A stretch of 64,000 bases of DNA from a bacterium (GCA_963693055.1 OY843751.1:1376001-1440000); one strand, 5' to 3'; counted from the first letter of the stretch, positions 10,008 to 20,910 are shown. Translations and numbers: made by a program. The notes: a model not told the origin generated them from the sequence alone.

Positions 10008-12053
10008 ATGCAACATTCTCTTTTTCGTTTCTTTCTTTTGGGTACTCTATTCTTTTCATTATCTCTTGTTGCTGGCCCGTCTCAATCGCGACCTTTTACA
10101 GTGCATGAACTTTTAGCCATGGAGCGTATTGGAGCCCCTCAGGCTTCACCTGATGGACAGCAAATCGTTTTTTCCATTCGTAAAACCAATCTTGAAAAAA
10201 ACAAAGGAGAATATGATCTCTATCTTGTGGATATAAACGGCAATTCTTTCAAAAGGCTGACGACCCATCCTTCTATTGATACCAGTCCCTGCTGGTCTAT
10301 GGATGGGCAATGGATTTATTTTCTCTCTGCGCGGTCTGAATTTATGCAGGTGTGGCGAATTAGGCCGGACGGGGGCGAAGCGGAAAGAGTAACAAGCCTT
10401 GACCTGGATATTAACGATTATACAGTCGTTCCTTCTGGCAAAGGTCTGCTCCTTTCCATTGATGTATTCCCCGGTAAATCCATTCAGGAAACAAGTGAGG
10501 TGCTGCAAGCGCATGAAAACAGTAAAGCCACCGGTAAACTTTATAATCAGGCACTGTTCCGTCATTGGGATGTGTGGGCAGATGGACGTTTTGCCCATTT
10601 GTTTTACCTTGATTTTGAAACAATGACACCTGTTGATCTGATGAGTGACATGCAGGCTAATGCTCCAACTAAACCCTGGGGGGGAATGGAAGAGATTGCA
10701 TTTACCCCTGATGAACAAAGTGTCATTTTTACCGCCAAAGATGTGGGTGACCAGTCCGCCTGGTCTACAAATTATGATTTGTTCAAGGTACCGCTCGATG
10801 GTACCCAGGCCCCGGAATGCCTGACTGCAACAAATAAAGCTTGGGATACCCAGCCGACGTTCTCCCCGGACGGAAAAACCCTGGCGTATCTCGCCATGGC
10901 CAGGCCTGGCTTTGAAGCAGACCAATACCATATTATGTTGCGGGATTGGCAAACCGGTACTGCCAGAGAACTTGGAAGTACCTGGGACCGTTCTCCATCT
11001 GCTATTTTCTGGAGTCCGGATGGTAAGATTCTATTTGCGGTTGCCGAAAATCTGGGACAGCTCGCCCTCTTTGCCATTGATGTAAAGTCAGAAAAAGTAA
11101 CTCCGGTGATTGAACAGGGAACCATTCGCTCTCCGGTATTTGCGGGCGAACGCATTGTATTTGGACTGGATCACTTAAAGTCTCCGGTTGAGCTCTATTC
11201 CATACGTCCTGATGGCAAGGACCGACAACAGATCACTCATGTAAATGACGAACTTGTAAAGCAGATTGCCTGGGGTGAACCAGAACAGTTTACTTTTAAG
11301 GGATGGAATAACGAGACAGTTTATGGCTATGTTGTTAAACCAGCAAATTTTGATCCTGCAAAAGAATATCCTGTGGCATTTTTAATTCACGGCGGACCGC
11401 AAGGGTCTTTTGGTAATGATTTTCACTATCGTTGGAATCCACAAGCCTATGCAGGGGCAGGGTACGCCGCTGTAATGATCGATTTTCATGGGTCTACAGG
11501 ATACGGACAGGCCTTTACCGATGCTATCCGTGAAAACTGGGGTAGCCGGCCTTTTGAGGATTTGCAAAAAGGACTTGCCGCAGCCCTGGTGAAATATCCG
11601 TGGCTAGATGGGGACAAGGTGGGCGCTCTTGGTGCATCCTATGGAGGCTATATGATCAACTGGATTGCGGGAAACTGGCCTGACCGGTTCAAGTGTTTGG
11701 TCAATCATGATGGTAATTTTGATATTCGTATGGCGTATTACGATACAGAAGAACTCTGGTTTCCCGAGTGGGAGCATGGTGGTACACCCTGGGAACGTTC
11801 TGAAGTTTATGAACTACATAATCCCGTAAATCATGTAGACAAATGGAAAACACCCATGCTCGTTGTTCATGGTGAACTGGATTATCGTGTTCCTGTCACC
11901 CAGGGTATTGGAGCGTTCAACGCTTTACAGCGCAAAGACATTCCCAGTCAGTTCCTCTGTTTCCCGGATGAAAACCACTGGGTGCTCAAACCTCACAACT
12001 CTATCTTGTGGCACAACACGGTGATTGGCTGGTTGGACAAGTGGCTAAAGTAG
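10008..12053 (+). CDS. S9-family peptidase (dipeptidyl-peptidase 5-like)
   Basis: Signal peptide, PD40/TolB-like repeats (SPDG), IHGGP, GASYGG nucleophile motif, HGELDYRV and DENHW catalytic Asp/His. Confidence 0.9.
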   Translation: MQHSLFRFFLLGTLFFSLSLVAGPSQSRPFTVHELLAMERIGAPQASPDGQQIVFSIRKTNLEKNKGEYDLYLVDINGNSFKRLTTHPSIDTSPCWSMDGQWIYFLSARSEFMQVWRIRPDGGEAERVTSLDLDINDYTVVPSGKGLLLSIDVFPGKSIQETSEVLQAHENSKATGKLYNQALFRHWDVWADGRFAHLFYLDFETMTPVDLMSDMQANAPTKPWGGMEEIAFTPDEQSVIFTAKDVGDQSAWSTNYDLFKVPLDGTQAPECLTATNKAWDTQPTFSPDGKTLAYLAMARPGFEADQYHIMLRDWQTGTARELGSTWDRSPSAIFWSPDGKILFAVAENLGQLALFAIDVKSEKVTPVIEQGTIRSPVFAGERIVFGLDHLKSPVELYSIRPDGKDRQQITHVNDELVKQIAWGEPEQFTFKGWNNETVYGYVVKPANFDPAKEYPVAFLIHGGPQGSFGNDFHYRWNPQAYAGAGYAAVMIDFHGSTGYGQAFTDAIRENWGSRPFEDLQKGLAAALVKYPWLDGDKVGALGASYGGYMINWIAGNWPDRFKCLVNHDGNFDIRMAYYDTEELWFPEWEHGGTPWERSEVYELHNPVNHVDKWKTPMLVVHGELDYRVPVTQGIGAFNALQRKDIPSQFLCFPDENHWVLKPHNSILWHNTVIGWLDKWLK

Positions 12054-12098
12054 GTTGTAAATAATTGATTCACTGCCGGGGGCGTTAGTTAATAAAAT

Positions 12099-12127
12099 TT
12101 GCCAGGCACATTTCTAGTGCCTGGCAA
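12099..12127. terminator. Bidirectional terminator between convergent genes
   Basis: ttgccaggcac / gtgcctggcaa perfect 11-bp stem. Confidence 0.75.
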
Positions 12128-12145
12128 TTGTAATTCAAACGTCTG

Positions 12146-14071
12146 TTATTTAATCATCATTACTTTTTGTATAGAGGAACAATTACCTGCCTGCAAACGC
12201 ACCAGGTAGGTACCGCTGGGTGCAGCTACCCCTGAATTGGTAGATCCATCCCATTCCACCTGATATTCAGCGGCGGATTGCTGCTGATTTACCAGTGTTT
12301 TAATTTCACATCCGAGTATATCATAAACGATCAGGGAAACATGACTGTCCGTTACCAGTTGATATTTCAATGTAGTAGACGGATTAAAGGGATTGGGATA
12401 AGCCGCAAACAATTGTGTGGTCATTGGAATTGATTGAACATCTATGGATGTTGTACCAATTTCTGTTTGAACTCCGTCTGTACTGACTTCCATCAGACGA
12501 TAGGTATAACTTGATCCACTGGTTACATTTGCATCGGTTATGCGGTAATGTGACAGGGAGGAGGTTGTGCCTTGTCCGGTCAGTTCAGAGTGGGTTTGGT
12601 AGGATGCGATCTGCTTATAATCGAAATTTTCTGTACTGCGTTCAATGATGAATCCCAGATTGTCTTTTTCGCAGGCAGTGGACCATGTCAATTCTATAGA
12701 GTCTTTATCGTATTTAGCGGTAAAGGATTGCAGCTTGACCGGTAATGCTGTGTCGCTGCCGTTTTGCCATCCCAGAAAGGGGTAACCGTCATTAATGGTC
12801 CCGGAAGGGTCAATGTCCCAAATATCCTGACTGCCATTGGTAATTTCAATACTAAAGTCCCAACCAGCATAGGTAAATGTGGAAAGCGTTTTCATTTTTT
12901 CTGTGGTTTTGGGGGAAGCAGAATTTGTATCGTTTTGTCCTGTGGTTTCAGAATCATAAAAATTTGCACTTGCTGATATAGTCGTAGCCAGGGTAATGCC
13001 ACCAGTAACGCTTCCGGTAACTGTACCCTTTGCGTAGCAATAGTGAATTTCGCTTTCCCCGTATACATTACAGGCCAGAGCGGTTATCCGGTATGTTCCG
13101 AATGTATTTCCTGTTGCATAACAATTGTTAATATCACAATTATCACAATAGCCAATCAATCCACCAATATCTGCATGGCCAGTAACCTTACCTGTTGCGA
13201 AACACTGATTGATATTCGTATCTTTTGTCCAGCCGATCAGTCCACCAAGATAGTCTTGACCACTGACCGCTCCTGTAGCAGAGCATCTGGTCACTTGGCC
13301 ATGATTCGTACCTATCAATCCACCTACATTATCAGTGGTGGCATTGACGCTGCCGGAAGCGTGGCAATCTGTGATTTGCCCGTAAAAACGTCCTGCCAGG
13401 CCGCCTATACTGGTGCCATTTTGCACATTCACACTGCTGCTACAGTTACTGATGATGGCATCTACATATACGCCACCAATTATTCCTCCGGCAAGTGCGT
13501 CAGAACAAGTAACAGTTCCGGATAAAGTACAACCGGATATAGTGGTGTTTTCATAAACAGAACCAACCAGACCTCCCACAAATCCATAAGCAGAGATATT
13601 TAAGCTTTCCATTTTAATATTATTTAATTCAGCGTTGGTAACATCCCCAAATAAACCGGCATAATTTGACTCGGGTCTGTTTATATACAGACCCGTGATG
13701 GTGAAACCTTGACCGTCATAGGTGCCTTCAAAAGGTGATAAAATAGTGCCAATGGGGCTAAAACCGGCGTATCCGCCGTCTCCATCGGGATTCAGGGTTG
13801 CGCTTGCAGAGGCGTCAATATTATCGGTTTGTGTAAAGTGACGTGACCAGATAGTTGATGTTGTGCTGATCCATATCAGATGGTCAAATTCAGAAATAAG
13901 ATACGGATCATAATATGCACCTGTGCCGGGCGGCTGCGTACCCGCAGCCAATAAAGGGCCTGTAAATGTCAGAGTAATGCAAAATATAGACAGATATTTT
14001 TTACTTTTGAAAAATATTCTGTGGTTTGTGATAAGAAAAGAGTTGATAAAATATGATAATAAAATTTTCAT
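12146..14071 (-). CDS. Secreted GLUG-repeat protein with LPVKL-Ig and CTD domains
   Basis: PYLIS and FEGTYDGQGFTITGL motifs, repeated VGGLVG/GGLIG (GLUG), INDGYPFL, CTD. Confidence 0.85.
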   Translation of the reverse strand: MKILLSYFINSFLITNHRIFFKSKKYLSIFCITLTFTGPLLAAGTQPPGTGAYYDPYLISEFDHLIWISTTSTIWSRHFTQTDNIDASASATLNPDGDGGYAGFSPIGTILSPFEGTYDGQGFTITGLYINRPESNYAGLFGDVTNAELNNIKMESLNISAYGFVGGLVGSVYENTTISGCTLSGTVTCSDALAGGIIGGVYVDAIISNCSSSVNVQNGTSIGGLAGRFYGQITDCHASGSVNATTDNVGGLIGTNHGQVTRCSATGAVSGQDYLGGLIGWTKDTNINQCFATGKVTGHADIGGLIGYCDNCDINNCYATGNTFGTYRITALACNVYGESEIHYCYAKGTVTGSVTGGITLATTISASANFYDSETTGQNDTNSASPKTTEKMKTLSTFTYAGWDFSIEITNGSQDIWDIDPSGTINDGYPFLGWQNGSDTALPVKLQSFTAKYDKDSIELTWSTACEKDNLGFIIERSTENFDYKQIASYQTHSELTGQGTTSSLSHYRITDANVTSGSSYTYRLMEVSTDGVQTEIGTTSIDVQSIPMTTQLFAAYPNPFNPSTTLKYQLVTDSHVSLIVYDILGCEIKTLVNQQQSAAEYQVEWDGSTNSGVAAPSGTYLVRLQAGNCSSIQKVMMIK

Positions 14072-14218
14072 ACAACATCTCCCTTTCGTTCAAAAGGTTG
14101 TCGGTTTGTTATCTATAGCAATATCAAACGTCGAAATTGCTGGAGATGTTTGGGATTATATTCATAAATTAATAATAATCCCCCATAAAGGCAACAATGT
14201 TTTTAGGGTTGTAGATGG

Positions 14219-14833
14219 GGGAATTTCGACGGATAGAAAAAATTCCCAGACACCGATGAGGTGCCTGGGAATAGTAATGTTCTATATGTGAAATAGGGAT
14301 GGTTTTTATGGAACCTGCGAATTTTTACCACTATTGGGTTTAACCACCAAATAGTCTGTAGCGTTAACACTGCCATTCATGTTACAGTCAGAGGGATTAT
14401 AACTCGCTGATCCGCTTTGGCCTTTGACAGTGAGATAGTCGGTCGCGTTTATAATACCGCTGTTATTCGCGTCTCCACTAAACATACCGTAAATGCCGGT
14501 TTCTAACTGTGCAGCGCTGCCGCCGTAATATTTGTCATAGGGTGTTGATTCATCCACGGTAAAATTATAGGTTGTCAGTGTACCGCTTAAACTCTGTGCT
14601 GTGGCGCTCATGATTGCCAAATGATTGCGGTGACGAATGACAATGTAATAGTCGCCCGGTGCCAGACCTGTGAGGGTGAGGTTGGTTACGGTACCATCGT
14701 CCTCAGCCAGATAGCCGTCGCTGCGCAGGATATAAGAGCGGCTGTACACAGCTTCACCATCTACAGTTGAGCGTAATTCCATACAAACCCAGTCGGTAAT
14801 GCCTTCGGGGATACTGCCGGCATTACGATTGTC
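14219..14833. repeat. ~615-bp near-identical direct repeat, copy 1 (3' end and terminator of stalk gene)
   Basis: Matches 17699..18313 at offset 3480 with about 11 substitutions counted by eye. Confidence 0.95.
14242..14272 (-). terminator. Rho-independent terminator (identical copy at 17722..17752)
   Basis: attcccag.cacc / ggtg.ctgggaat stem with an adjacent A-run. Confidence 0.75.
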
Positions 14834-16411
14834 AGAATAGAAAGAGGTTGCGGGAATAATGCCTGCCAGATTTGTGCCCATATTGTGGGCGCCGCTATCA
14901 TAGGGGCCTTGCAGATAGACTTTGACGGCAAGCTGGGGCGTTCCTTCGTCAGTGGTAAACGATTTTACATTGCCATAAAAAGTGCCGTAACAATTGGAAC
15001 AAAAAGTGCGATGATAATAGGTGGTGTTGGGCGCAAGACTGGTCACTGTGCCTGAAAAAAAGCCAAATCCGCTGCCCATGGGTGCTTGTTCATCTGCCAG
15101 GGTAGGTGTTTTGTTGGTGGAGCTGTAACAAACACCCCGACGAAGTGTAGTGACTCCATTGTATTCATAGACATTGCCGCCAAACTCGGCAGTGGTGGCG
15201 GTAATGCTTTCCGCGTCGTACGAAGCGATGCAGTAAGGATCAATATAATATGTATCTGAGCTGCCTTTTTTAATACCCACAATGCCGTCGTCACTGCCCA
15301 CCAAGAGGTCAACTCTTCTATCGCCGTTCAGGTCGGTTTGGGCCAGAACAGATTTGTCGCCTACATCAATGTCATTCCAGTTTGTGGTTACTCTGGAAAA
15401 CGATAATGATGCAATACCGCTTTGCTGATAAAGCTGAATTTGACCGTCAACATTGCCAATAAAAAACTCATATCTAGAGTTATTATCATAATAACAAAAC
15501 ATGGGTGACGGCAGCTCGCCAACGTCAATGGAATTGAAATTATCGCTGACAAGCGTAAAAGTGGTAGATGTCCCGCTGTCTTGTTGGTAATGGTAAATGG
15601 CGCCGCCCAGGTTGCCCACCAGCAGATCGAGGCGGCCATTCCGATCGAGATCGGTAAAAGTAGGTTTAGAGTACCCACCCACATCAATACCGCTCAGGGC
15701 ACCGACAAGGGTAAACGACGCGGAGCGGTCGCTGTCTTGTTCAAAATGGCGCAGGGTACCGTCGTCGCGGCCCATGATCAGGTCAAGCAGGCCGTCATCA
15801 TCCAGGTCTGTAACCGTGGGGAAATTACAGGTGCCTACATCAATATTGTTAAAGTAAGATGTGATGAGATTGAATGAAAACGAGTTGATCTCAGATTGTT
15901 CATATCGCGATATTCTGCCGTTTTTATTGCCTACCAGCATGTCCAGCAGGCCATCTCCATCAATGTCGGTTATGGTGGGGGCGGCGTTTTCGCCCACGTT
16001 GATATTGGTCATGTCTGACGTTTCAAATTGTAGTGAATAACCATAGCTGCCCGTACCGGCGCGGTTGGTGGCGCTGACCCGCCAAAAATAGTAGGTACTG
16101 TTGGCGGGCAGATCAACAGCATAGTTTGTGTCTTCTATGCCGGTATATGTTCCCACAATGTCGGTAAATTGATAATCATTCGCGATCTGAACGTTATAAG
16201 TCAGGGCATGGTCTATGTTTTCCCAAAATAAATAGGCCCGGCAAGAGAGCAGCTCAAGATTGGGATATCTGGGACCGACCAGTTCAGGCGCCGGACTTGG
16301 CGCTCTGGATGTGAGGGATACCGCTCCTGATTCGCCATTTCCCGTTTGTGCAAATGTTGTGCTGGTAAAGGCCAAAACCCATACTACCAAAAGAACAAAT
16401 AATTTTTTCAT
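14306..16411 (-). CDS. Secreted FN3 + FG-GAP/VCBS beta-propeller + FN3 + C-terminal dockerin-like protein ('stalk' 1)
   Basis: Signal peptide; YFWRVSATN (FN3); repeated DxDxDGxxDLLVG; LAPNTTYYHR; VKVYLQGPY...HRNHL domain; duplicated DxNxxGxxNATDY Ca-binding motif. Confidence 0.85.
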   Translation of the reverse strand: MKKLFVLLVVWVLAFTSTTFAQTGNGESGAVSLTSRAPSPAPELVGPRYPNLELLSCRAYLFWENIDHALTYNVQIANDYQFTDIVGTYTGIEDTNYAVDLPANSTYYFWRVSATNRAGTGSYGYSLQFETSDMTNINVGENAAPTITDIDGDGLLDMLVGNKNGRISRYEQSEINSFSFNLITSYFNNIDVGTCNFPTVTDLDDDGLLDLIMGRDDGTLRHFEQDSDRSASFTLVGALSGIDVGGYSKPTFTDLDRNGRLDLLVGNLGGAIYHYQQDSGTSTTFTLVSDNFNSIDVGELPSPMFCYYDNNSRYEFFIGNVDGQIQLYQQSGIASLSFSRVTTNWNDIDVGDKSVLAQTDLNGDRRVDLLVGSDDGIVGIKKGSSDTYYIDPYCIASYDAESITATTAEFGGNVYEYNGVTTLRRGVCYSSTNKTPTLADEQAPMGSGFGFFSGTVTSLAPNTTYYHRTFCSNCYGTFYGNVKSFTTDEGTPQLAVKVYLQGPYDSGAHNMGTNLAGIIPATSFYSDNRNAGSIPEGITDWVCMELRSTVDGEAVYSRSYILRSDGYLAEDDGTVTNLTLTGLAPGDYYIVIRHRNHLAIMSATAQSLSGTLTTYNFTVDESTPYDKYYGGSAAQLETGIYGMFSGDANNSGIINATDYLTVKGQSGSASYNPSDCNMNGSVNATDYLVVKPNSGKNSQVP

Positions 16412-16464
16412 GTTAACCCCTATTATAGTTGTTAATTAATAACATCTTTGTTTATGATCATTGG

Positions 16465-17415
16465 TTAATCTTTGACCAGGCGGATAGAAAATCCGTAAGT
16501 AAAACTTTGATTTGAGCGTGTAATCTCTGTATCGCCGTTGTATAATCCTCGCGTCCATGCGGCCTTTTGGGGATTCCCAGACAAAACATATTGAGTGGAT
16601 GACCAAAAATCAGTTGATGATCCCAATAGGGAGCTAATTTTATCGAATCGATAACCACCTGGAAGAGCGGTAAAACGGCTTTTGTTGGTAGCCCCGGTGT
16701 TTGGGCTGTCCCAATGGGTTGTTCCTGTTTCTTTAAGTTTCCCTCCGGCCATTGTACCCCCAAGTGTATTTTGTAATGTGTTCCATTCGTCATCCGTAGG
16801 AACATGCCAGCCGTTTGGAGCTATGCTTCTGCTATCATTTACTGCATACCAATTATATAAATAACCGTATGTTTCAATAAACGTTACAGCCGATGAATAG
16901 CCATAACGTGCACCAGTACTTATGTTCTTCCAAGATGTATTATAGTCAACTTTAGGTATTTCGTCACCATTTCTGTACTGTGTTTCTTTTAAATTCTCAG
17001 CCATCCACCACTGGTCGCCAATCTTGACGGTTTTGTACACCGTGCCGTCGTTGCCGGTCATGGTGCTGAAAAAATAGTAGAGTACACACACTTTGAACTG
17101 GCTGCCACTGGTATTGGGATTGTCCGCGTAAAAGTCCCACACAATGTGCTTGTCTGTGCCCGCTGTTATGTCCACACCAAGGTCGCCGGAAAGGCTGACG
17201 CATTTCAGGTCCCATGTTGCGCCGTTGTCGTTAGAGGCTTCGACTGCAATTTCAGTATTATACCCTTGGGGATTGCTGAAATCGTAATAGATGTCGACCA
17301 TGAAATTGCCGTCTGTGCGTTGTGCCACCCGTATGTTGGAAACCTGGGCGAACAGGCAGCCGGTCAGTGAAATCAACAATAAAGCAGTGAATAGTAATCT
17401 CATTGTTCTCCTCAT
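16465..17415 (-). CDS. FISUMP (Fib_succ_major) domain protein with N-terminal Ig/FN3-like domain
   Basis: YKTVKIGDQWWMAENL, YGYLYNWYAV, APNGWHVPTDDEW, FTALPGG and GFSIRLVKD motifs. Confidence 0.9.
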   Translation of the reverse strand: MRRTMRLLFTALLLISLTGCLFAQVSNIRVAQRTDGNFMVDIYYDFSNPQGYNTEIAVEASNDNGATWDLKCVSLSGDLGVDITAGTDKHIVWDFYADNPNTSGSQFKVCVLYYFFSTMTGNDGTVYKTVKIGDQWWMAENLKETQYRNGDEIPKVDYNTSWKNISTGARYGYSSAVTFIETYGYLYNWYAVNDSRSIAPNGWHVPTDDEWNTLQNTLGGTMAGGKLKETGTTHWDSPNTGATNKSRFTALPGGYRFDKISSLLGSSTDFWSSTQYVLSGNPQKAAWTRGLYNGDTEITRSNQSFTYGFSIRLVKD

Positions 17416-17614
17416 TCGTTATGTAAAAACCAATGCTTAACTCTAAATACCCGGGCATTGCTATTCCATACTTTTTGTAGGAAATGCTTGTTACGGTATC
17501 TGCATCTGCATATTTTTATTCCCTCAAAAAGAACAGGCACTGCTGTAGTATTCAGAACCTAATAAAATGTCAATGTTGGAAAAGTGTTAGATTGAATTTA
17601 AGCAATTTCGCAAT

Positions 17615-17663
17615 ACAGTACCAAGCACACATGTCGCAAAAACCAGTACATATGTCGCATTTG
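17615..17663 (-). promoter_or_regulatory. Candidate AraC/HTCS operator, ATGTCGCA x2 at 21-bp period
   Basis: 49-bp block differing by one base from 24125..24173, upstream of the FISUMP gene starting at 17415. Confidence 0.7.
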
Positions 17664-17698
17664 AATCGATTTTTAATGCTTTGGGGGTTGGAGCTGGT

Positions 17699-18313
17699 GG
17701 GAATTTCGACGGATAGAAAAAATTCCCAGACACCGATGAGGTGCCTGGGAATAGTAATGTTCTATATGTGAAATAGGGATGGTTTTTATGGAACCTGCGA
17801 ATTTTTACCACTATTGGGTTTAACCACCAAATAGTCTGTAGCGTTAACACTGCCATTCATGTTACAGTCAGAGGGATTATAACTCGCTGATCCGCTTTGG
17901 CCTTTGACAGTGAGATAGTCGGTCGCGTTTATAATACCGCTGTTATTCGCGTCTCCACTAAACATACCGTAAATGCCGGTATCTAACTGTGCAGCGCTGC
18001 CGCCGTAATATTTGTCATAGGGTGTTGATTCATCCACGGTAAAATTATAGGTTGTCAGTGTACCGCTTAAACTCTGCGCTGTGGCGCTCATGATTGCTAA
18101 ATGGTTGCGGTGACGAATGACAATGTAATAGTCGCCCGGGGCCAAGCCAGTGAGGGTGAGGTTGGTTACTGAACCATCGTCCTCAGCCAGATAGCCGTCG
18201 CTGCGCAGGAGATAAGAGCGGCTGTACACAGCTTCACCATCTACAGTTGAGCGTAATTCCATACAAACCCAGTCGGTAATGCCTTCGGGGATACTGCCGG
18301 CATTACGATTGTC
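17699..18313. repeat. ~615-bp near-identical direct repeat, copy 2
   Basis: Matches 14219..14833. Confidence 0.95.
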
Positions 18314-19873
18314 GGCATGGGGAGAAGTTGCTGGTATTTTACCGGCCAAATTCATACGCATGGCGTGCGCGGCGGTATTATATGTGCCTTGCAGAAAGAC
18401 TTTGACGGCAAGTCGGGGGTCGCCTTCATCGGTGGTAAATGATCTTGTTGTTCCATAAAAGGTGCCGTAACAATTGGACCCAAACGTACGGTAATAATAG
18501 GTAGTATTGGGAGCAAGCCCGGTCACAATGTCTGAAAAACTTCCTGACGAACTGCCCATTGAGACCATGTTGTCTGTCATGACGGGCGGATTGGTGGTAC
18601 TGTAAATGACACCGCGTCGCTGCACCGGTACGCCATTATGATTAGAAAAACGACCACCCAGTTCAGCGGATGATTCGGTTATGTTTTCCGCCGCGTCCGT
18701 TGACATGGAAACATCAATACGATAAGTATCTCCTTTTTTAATACCAACAATGCCATCACCACCACCGACCAACAGGTCAACGCGTTTATTACCGTCCAGA
18801 TCGGTTTGAGCCAGTATTGATCTTTCGCCAACATCAATGTCATTCCAATCCGTGGTTGCACTGGAAAACGATAATGATGCAATACCGCTTTGCTGATAAA
18901 GCTGGATTTTACCGTTTTCAGCACCTATAAAAAGCTCTAAATTATTTCCCGCATCGTAATAACAAAACATGGGTGAAGAGTCACCGCTGACATCAATAGA
19001 ATTGAAATTATCACTAACCAAGGTAAAGGACAATGAATACTTGGCGTCCTGTTCGTAATGACGAATGGTGCCCTCCAAGGTGCCCACCAGCAGGTCAAAG
19101 TAGCCATCCAAATCCAGGTCAGTAAAAGTGGGTTTAGACCAAGAGCCCGCATCGATGCCGCTCAAAGCGCCAATATAGGTAAAGGATGCTGAACGCTCGC
19201 TGTCTTGTTCATAATGTTGCAGGGTGCCGTCGCCGCGGCCTATGAGCAGGTCAAGCAAGCCGTCGCCATCCAGATCAGCAACTGTGGGGGAACTACCAAC
19301 ACCGACATCAATATCGCTAAAATTTGACGTAATGAGGTTTAATGAAAACGAGTTGACAGCCGTTTGTTCATAACGGGTCAGTGTACCGTCATGATTGCCC
19401 ACCAGCATATCTAACAGACCGTCGGCGTCAATATCGGTCATGGTTGGGGCGGCGTAACTGCCCACGTTGATGCTGGTCATATCTGATGTTTCAAATTGCA
19501 GTATATAACTATATTGGCCTGTGCCGGCGCGGTTGGTGGCACTGACCCGCCAGTGATAGGTGGTACTGTTGGCGGGCAGATCGGCAGCATACTCTGTTTC
19601 TGTTATGCCGGTATATGTTCCTATTATATTGTCAAATTCCCAATCAGTTGCGATTTCTAAGTTATAGGTTTGGACATGGTCCATGTTTTCCCAAAATAGA
19701 TAGGCCCGGCAAGATAGCAGGTCTGTATTGGGGTATCTGGGACCGACCAACTCTGGCGAACCGGGAGGCATGGAAGTCAGAGACACTGTAGAAGATTCGA
19801 CGCTACCATTAGCTGTTAAACCGCATACGGCAAATAACAAAAGCATTAAAATTATCATGTTTAAATTTTTCAT
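17786..19873 (-). CDS. Secreted FN3 + FG-GAP + FN3 + dockerin-like protein ('stalk' 2)
   Basis: Paralogue of 14306..16411. Start moved to ATG 19873 (MKNLNMIILMLLLFAVCGLTA signal peptide), which removes the overlap with the upstream gene. Confidence 0.85.
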   Translation of the reverse strand: MKNLNMIILMLLLFAVCGLTANGSVESSTVSLTSMPPGSPELVGPRYPNTDLLSCRAYLFWENMDHVQTYNLEIATDWEFDNIIGTYTGITETEYAADLPANSTTYHWRVSATNRAGTGQYSYILQFETSDMTSINVGSYAAPTMTDIDADGLLDMLVGNHDGTLTRYEQTAVNSFSLNLITSNFSDIDVGVGSSPTVADLDGDGLLDLLIGRGDGTLQHYEQDSERSASFTYIGALSGIDAGSWSKPTFTDLDLDGYFDLLVGTLEGTIRHYEQDAKYSLSFTLVSDNFNSIDVSGDSSPMFCYYDAGNNLELFIGAENGKIQLYQQSGIASLSFSSATTDWNDIDVGERSILAQTDLDGNKRVDLLVGGGDGIVGIKKGDTYRIDVSMSTDAAENITESSAELGGRFSNHNGVPVQRRGVIYSTTNPPVMTDNMVSMGSSSGSFSDIVTGLAPNTTYYYRTFGSNCYGTFYGTTRSFTTDEGDPRLAVKVFLQGTYNTAAHAMRMNLAGKIPATSPHADNRNAGSIPEGITDWVCMELRSTVDGEAVYSRSYLLRSDGYLAEDDGSVTNLTLTGLAPGDYYIVIRHRNHLAIMSATAQSLSGTLTTYNFTVDESTPYDKYYGGSAAQLDTGIYGMFSGDANNSGIINATDYLTVKGQSGSASYNPSDCNMNGSVNATDYLVVKPNSGKNSQVP

Positions 19874-19926
19874 ACTATCCTTTCTACTTGATTTATACAG
19901 GTCTTCAGGAAACCCTTTTTGTAAAA

Positions 19927-20910
19927 TTAATCTTTGACCAACCGTACTGAAAATCCATACCCGGCAATTGCAGACCGTCTCTGGATACCGGATTCGTAAT
20001 AAAAAAGCATGCGTATTGTATTTGTAGATGCCCAATATCCGGTTTCATAGCCCAAAGGGGGATAGGAATTCATTATACCTCCATCCCAAGCACTTTTGCG
20101 AAAAGACCCTGGTGTGGCAGAAAAATGCCAGATGTCAGAAGAACCATATCCATCCATGTACCATCCTCTTGTAGTTTTTAATTGATTCCCTTGATCCGTG
20201 CCGCGATATACACCTCCCTTATTGGCTTCTTCTTCACTCATGCCCATAAACATTTCCAGTTCTATCCAGTCCTCATCCGTGGAAAGGTGCCACCCGGGAG
20301 GGGCAATGTTTCTGCTATCCGCACAAGCATACATATTATATACATAACCATAGCTTTCAGCATAACTTTCATCATTGTCATATACACCTCGTGCTCCAAT
20401 TTCATTCTCGTTACAATCTTGCCATCCCGCAATATCATCCGGGTAAACAATGTCAGAGCCGTCACGGTATTTTGTTTCTCTTAAATTTTCACGCATCCAC
20501 CACTGGTTGCCAATTTTAATGGTCTTGTATATCCTGTCGTCATTGCCGGTCATGGTCCCATATAAAGTATACAAAATTTGAATTTTGAGCTGGCTGCCGC
20601 TGGTATTGGGATGGTCGGCGTAATAGTCCCATACGATGTGTTTGTCTGTTCCGGGTGTAGTCACATATCCTTTATCACCCGAGAGGCTGGAACATTTTAA
20701 ATTCCACGTAACGCCATTATCTTCTGAAGCTTTGATTCCGATATCTGCAGCTTCACATACCGGATCAACAATGTCATACCATATGTCAACCATAAAAGTG
20801 CCATCGGTGCGTTGTTGCACGCGCAGGTTGGTGACCCCTTGCGCCAACAGGCAGCCAACGGTCAAGAGTAATGTTGTTACTGTTGTTGAAAATTTCATGA
20901 TATCCCTCAT
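19927..20910 (-). CDS. FISUMP domain protein with N-terminal Ig/FN3-like domain
   Basis: YKTIKIGNQWWMRENL, APPGWHLSTDEDW, GFSVRLVKD. Confidence 0.9.
   Translation of the reverse strand: MRDIMKFSTTVTTLLLTVGCLLAQGVTNLRVQQRTDGTFMVDIWYDIVDPVCEAADIGIKASEDNGVTWNLKCSSLSGDKGYVTTPGTDKHIVWDYYADHPNTSGSQLKIQILYTLYGTMTGNDDRIYKTIKIGNQWWMRENLRETKYRDGSDIVYPDDIAGWQDCNENEIGARGVYDNDESYAESYGYVYNMYACADSRNIAPPGWHLSTDEDWIELEMFMGMSEEEANKGGVYRGTDQGNQLKTTRGWYMDGYGSSDIWHFSATPGSFRKSAWDGGIMNSYPPLGYETGYWASTNTIRMLFYYESGIQRRSAIAGYGFSVRLVKD

Noticed and set aside
19874-20035. N-terminal extensions in the ORF track (also 21957..22007, 23998..24138, 37761..37865)
   Set aside because: They overlap neighbouring genes or regulatory DNA; downstream ATGs give proper signal peptides matching the paralogues.
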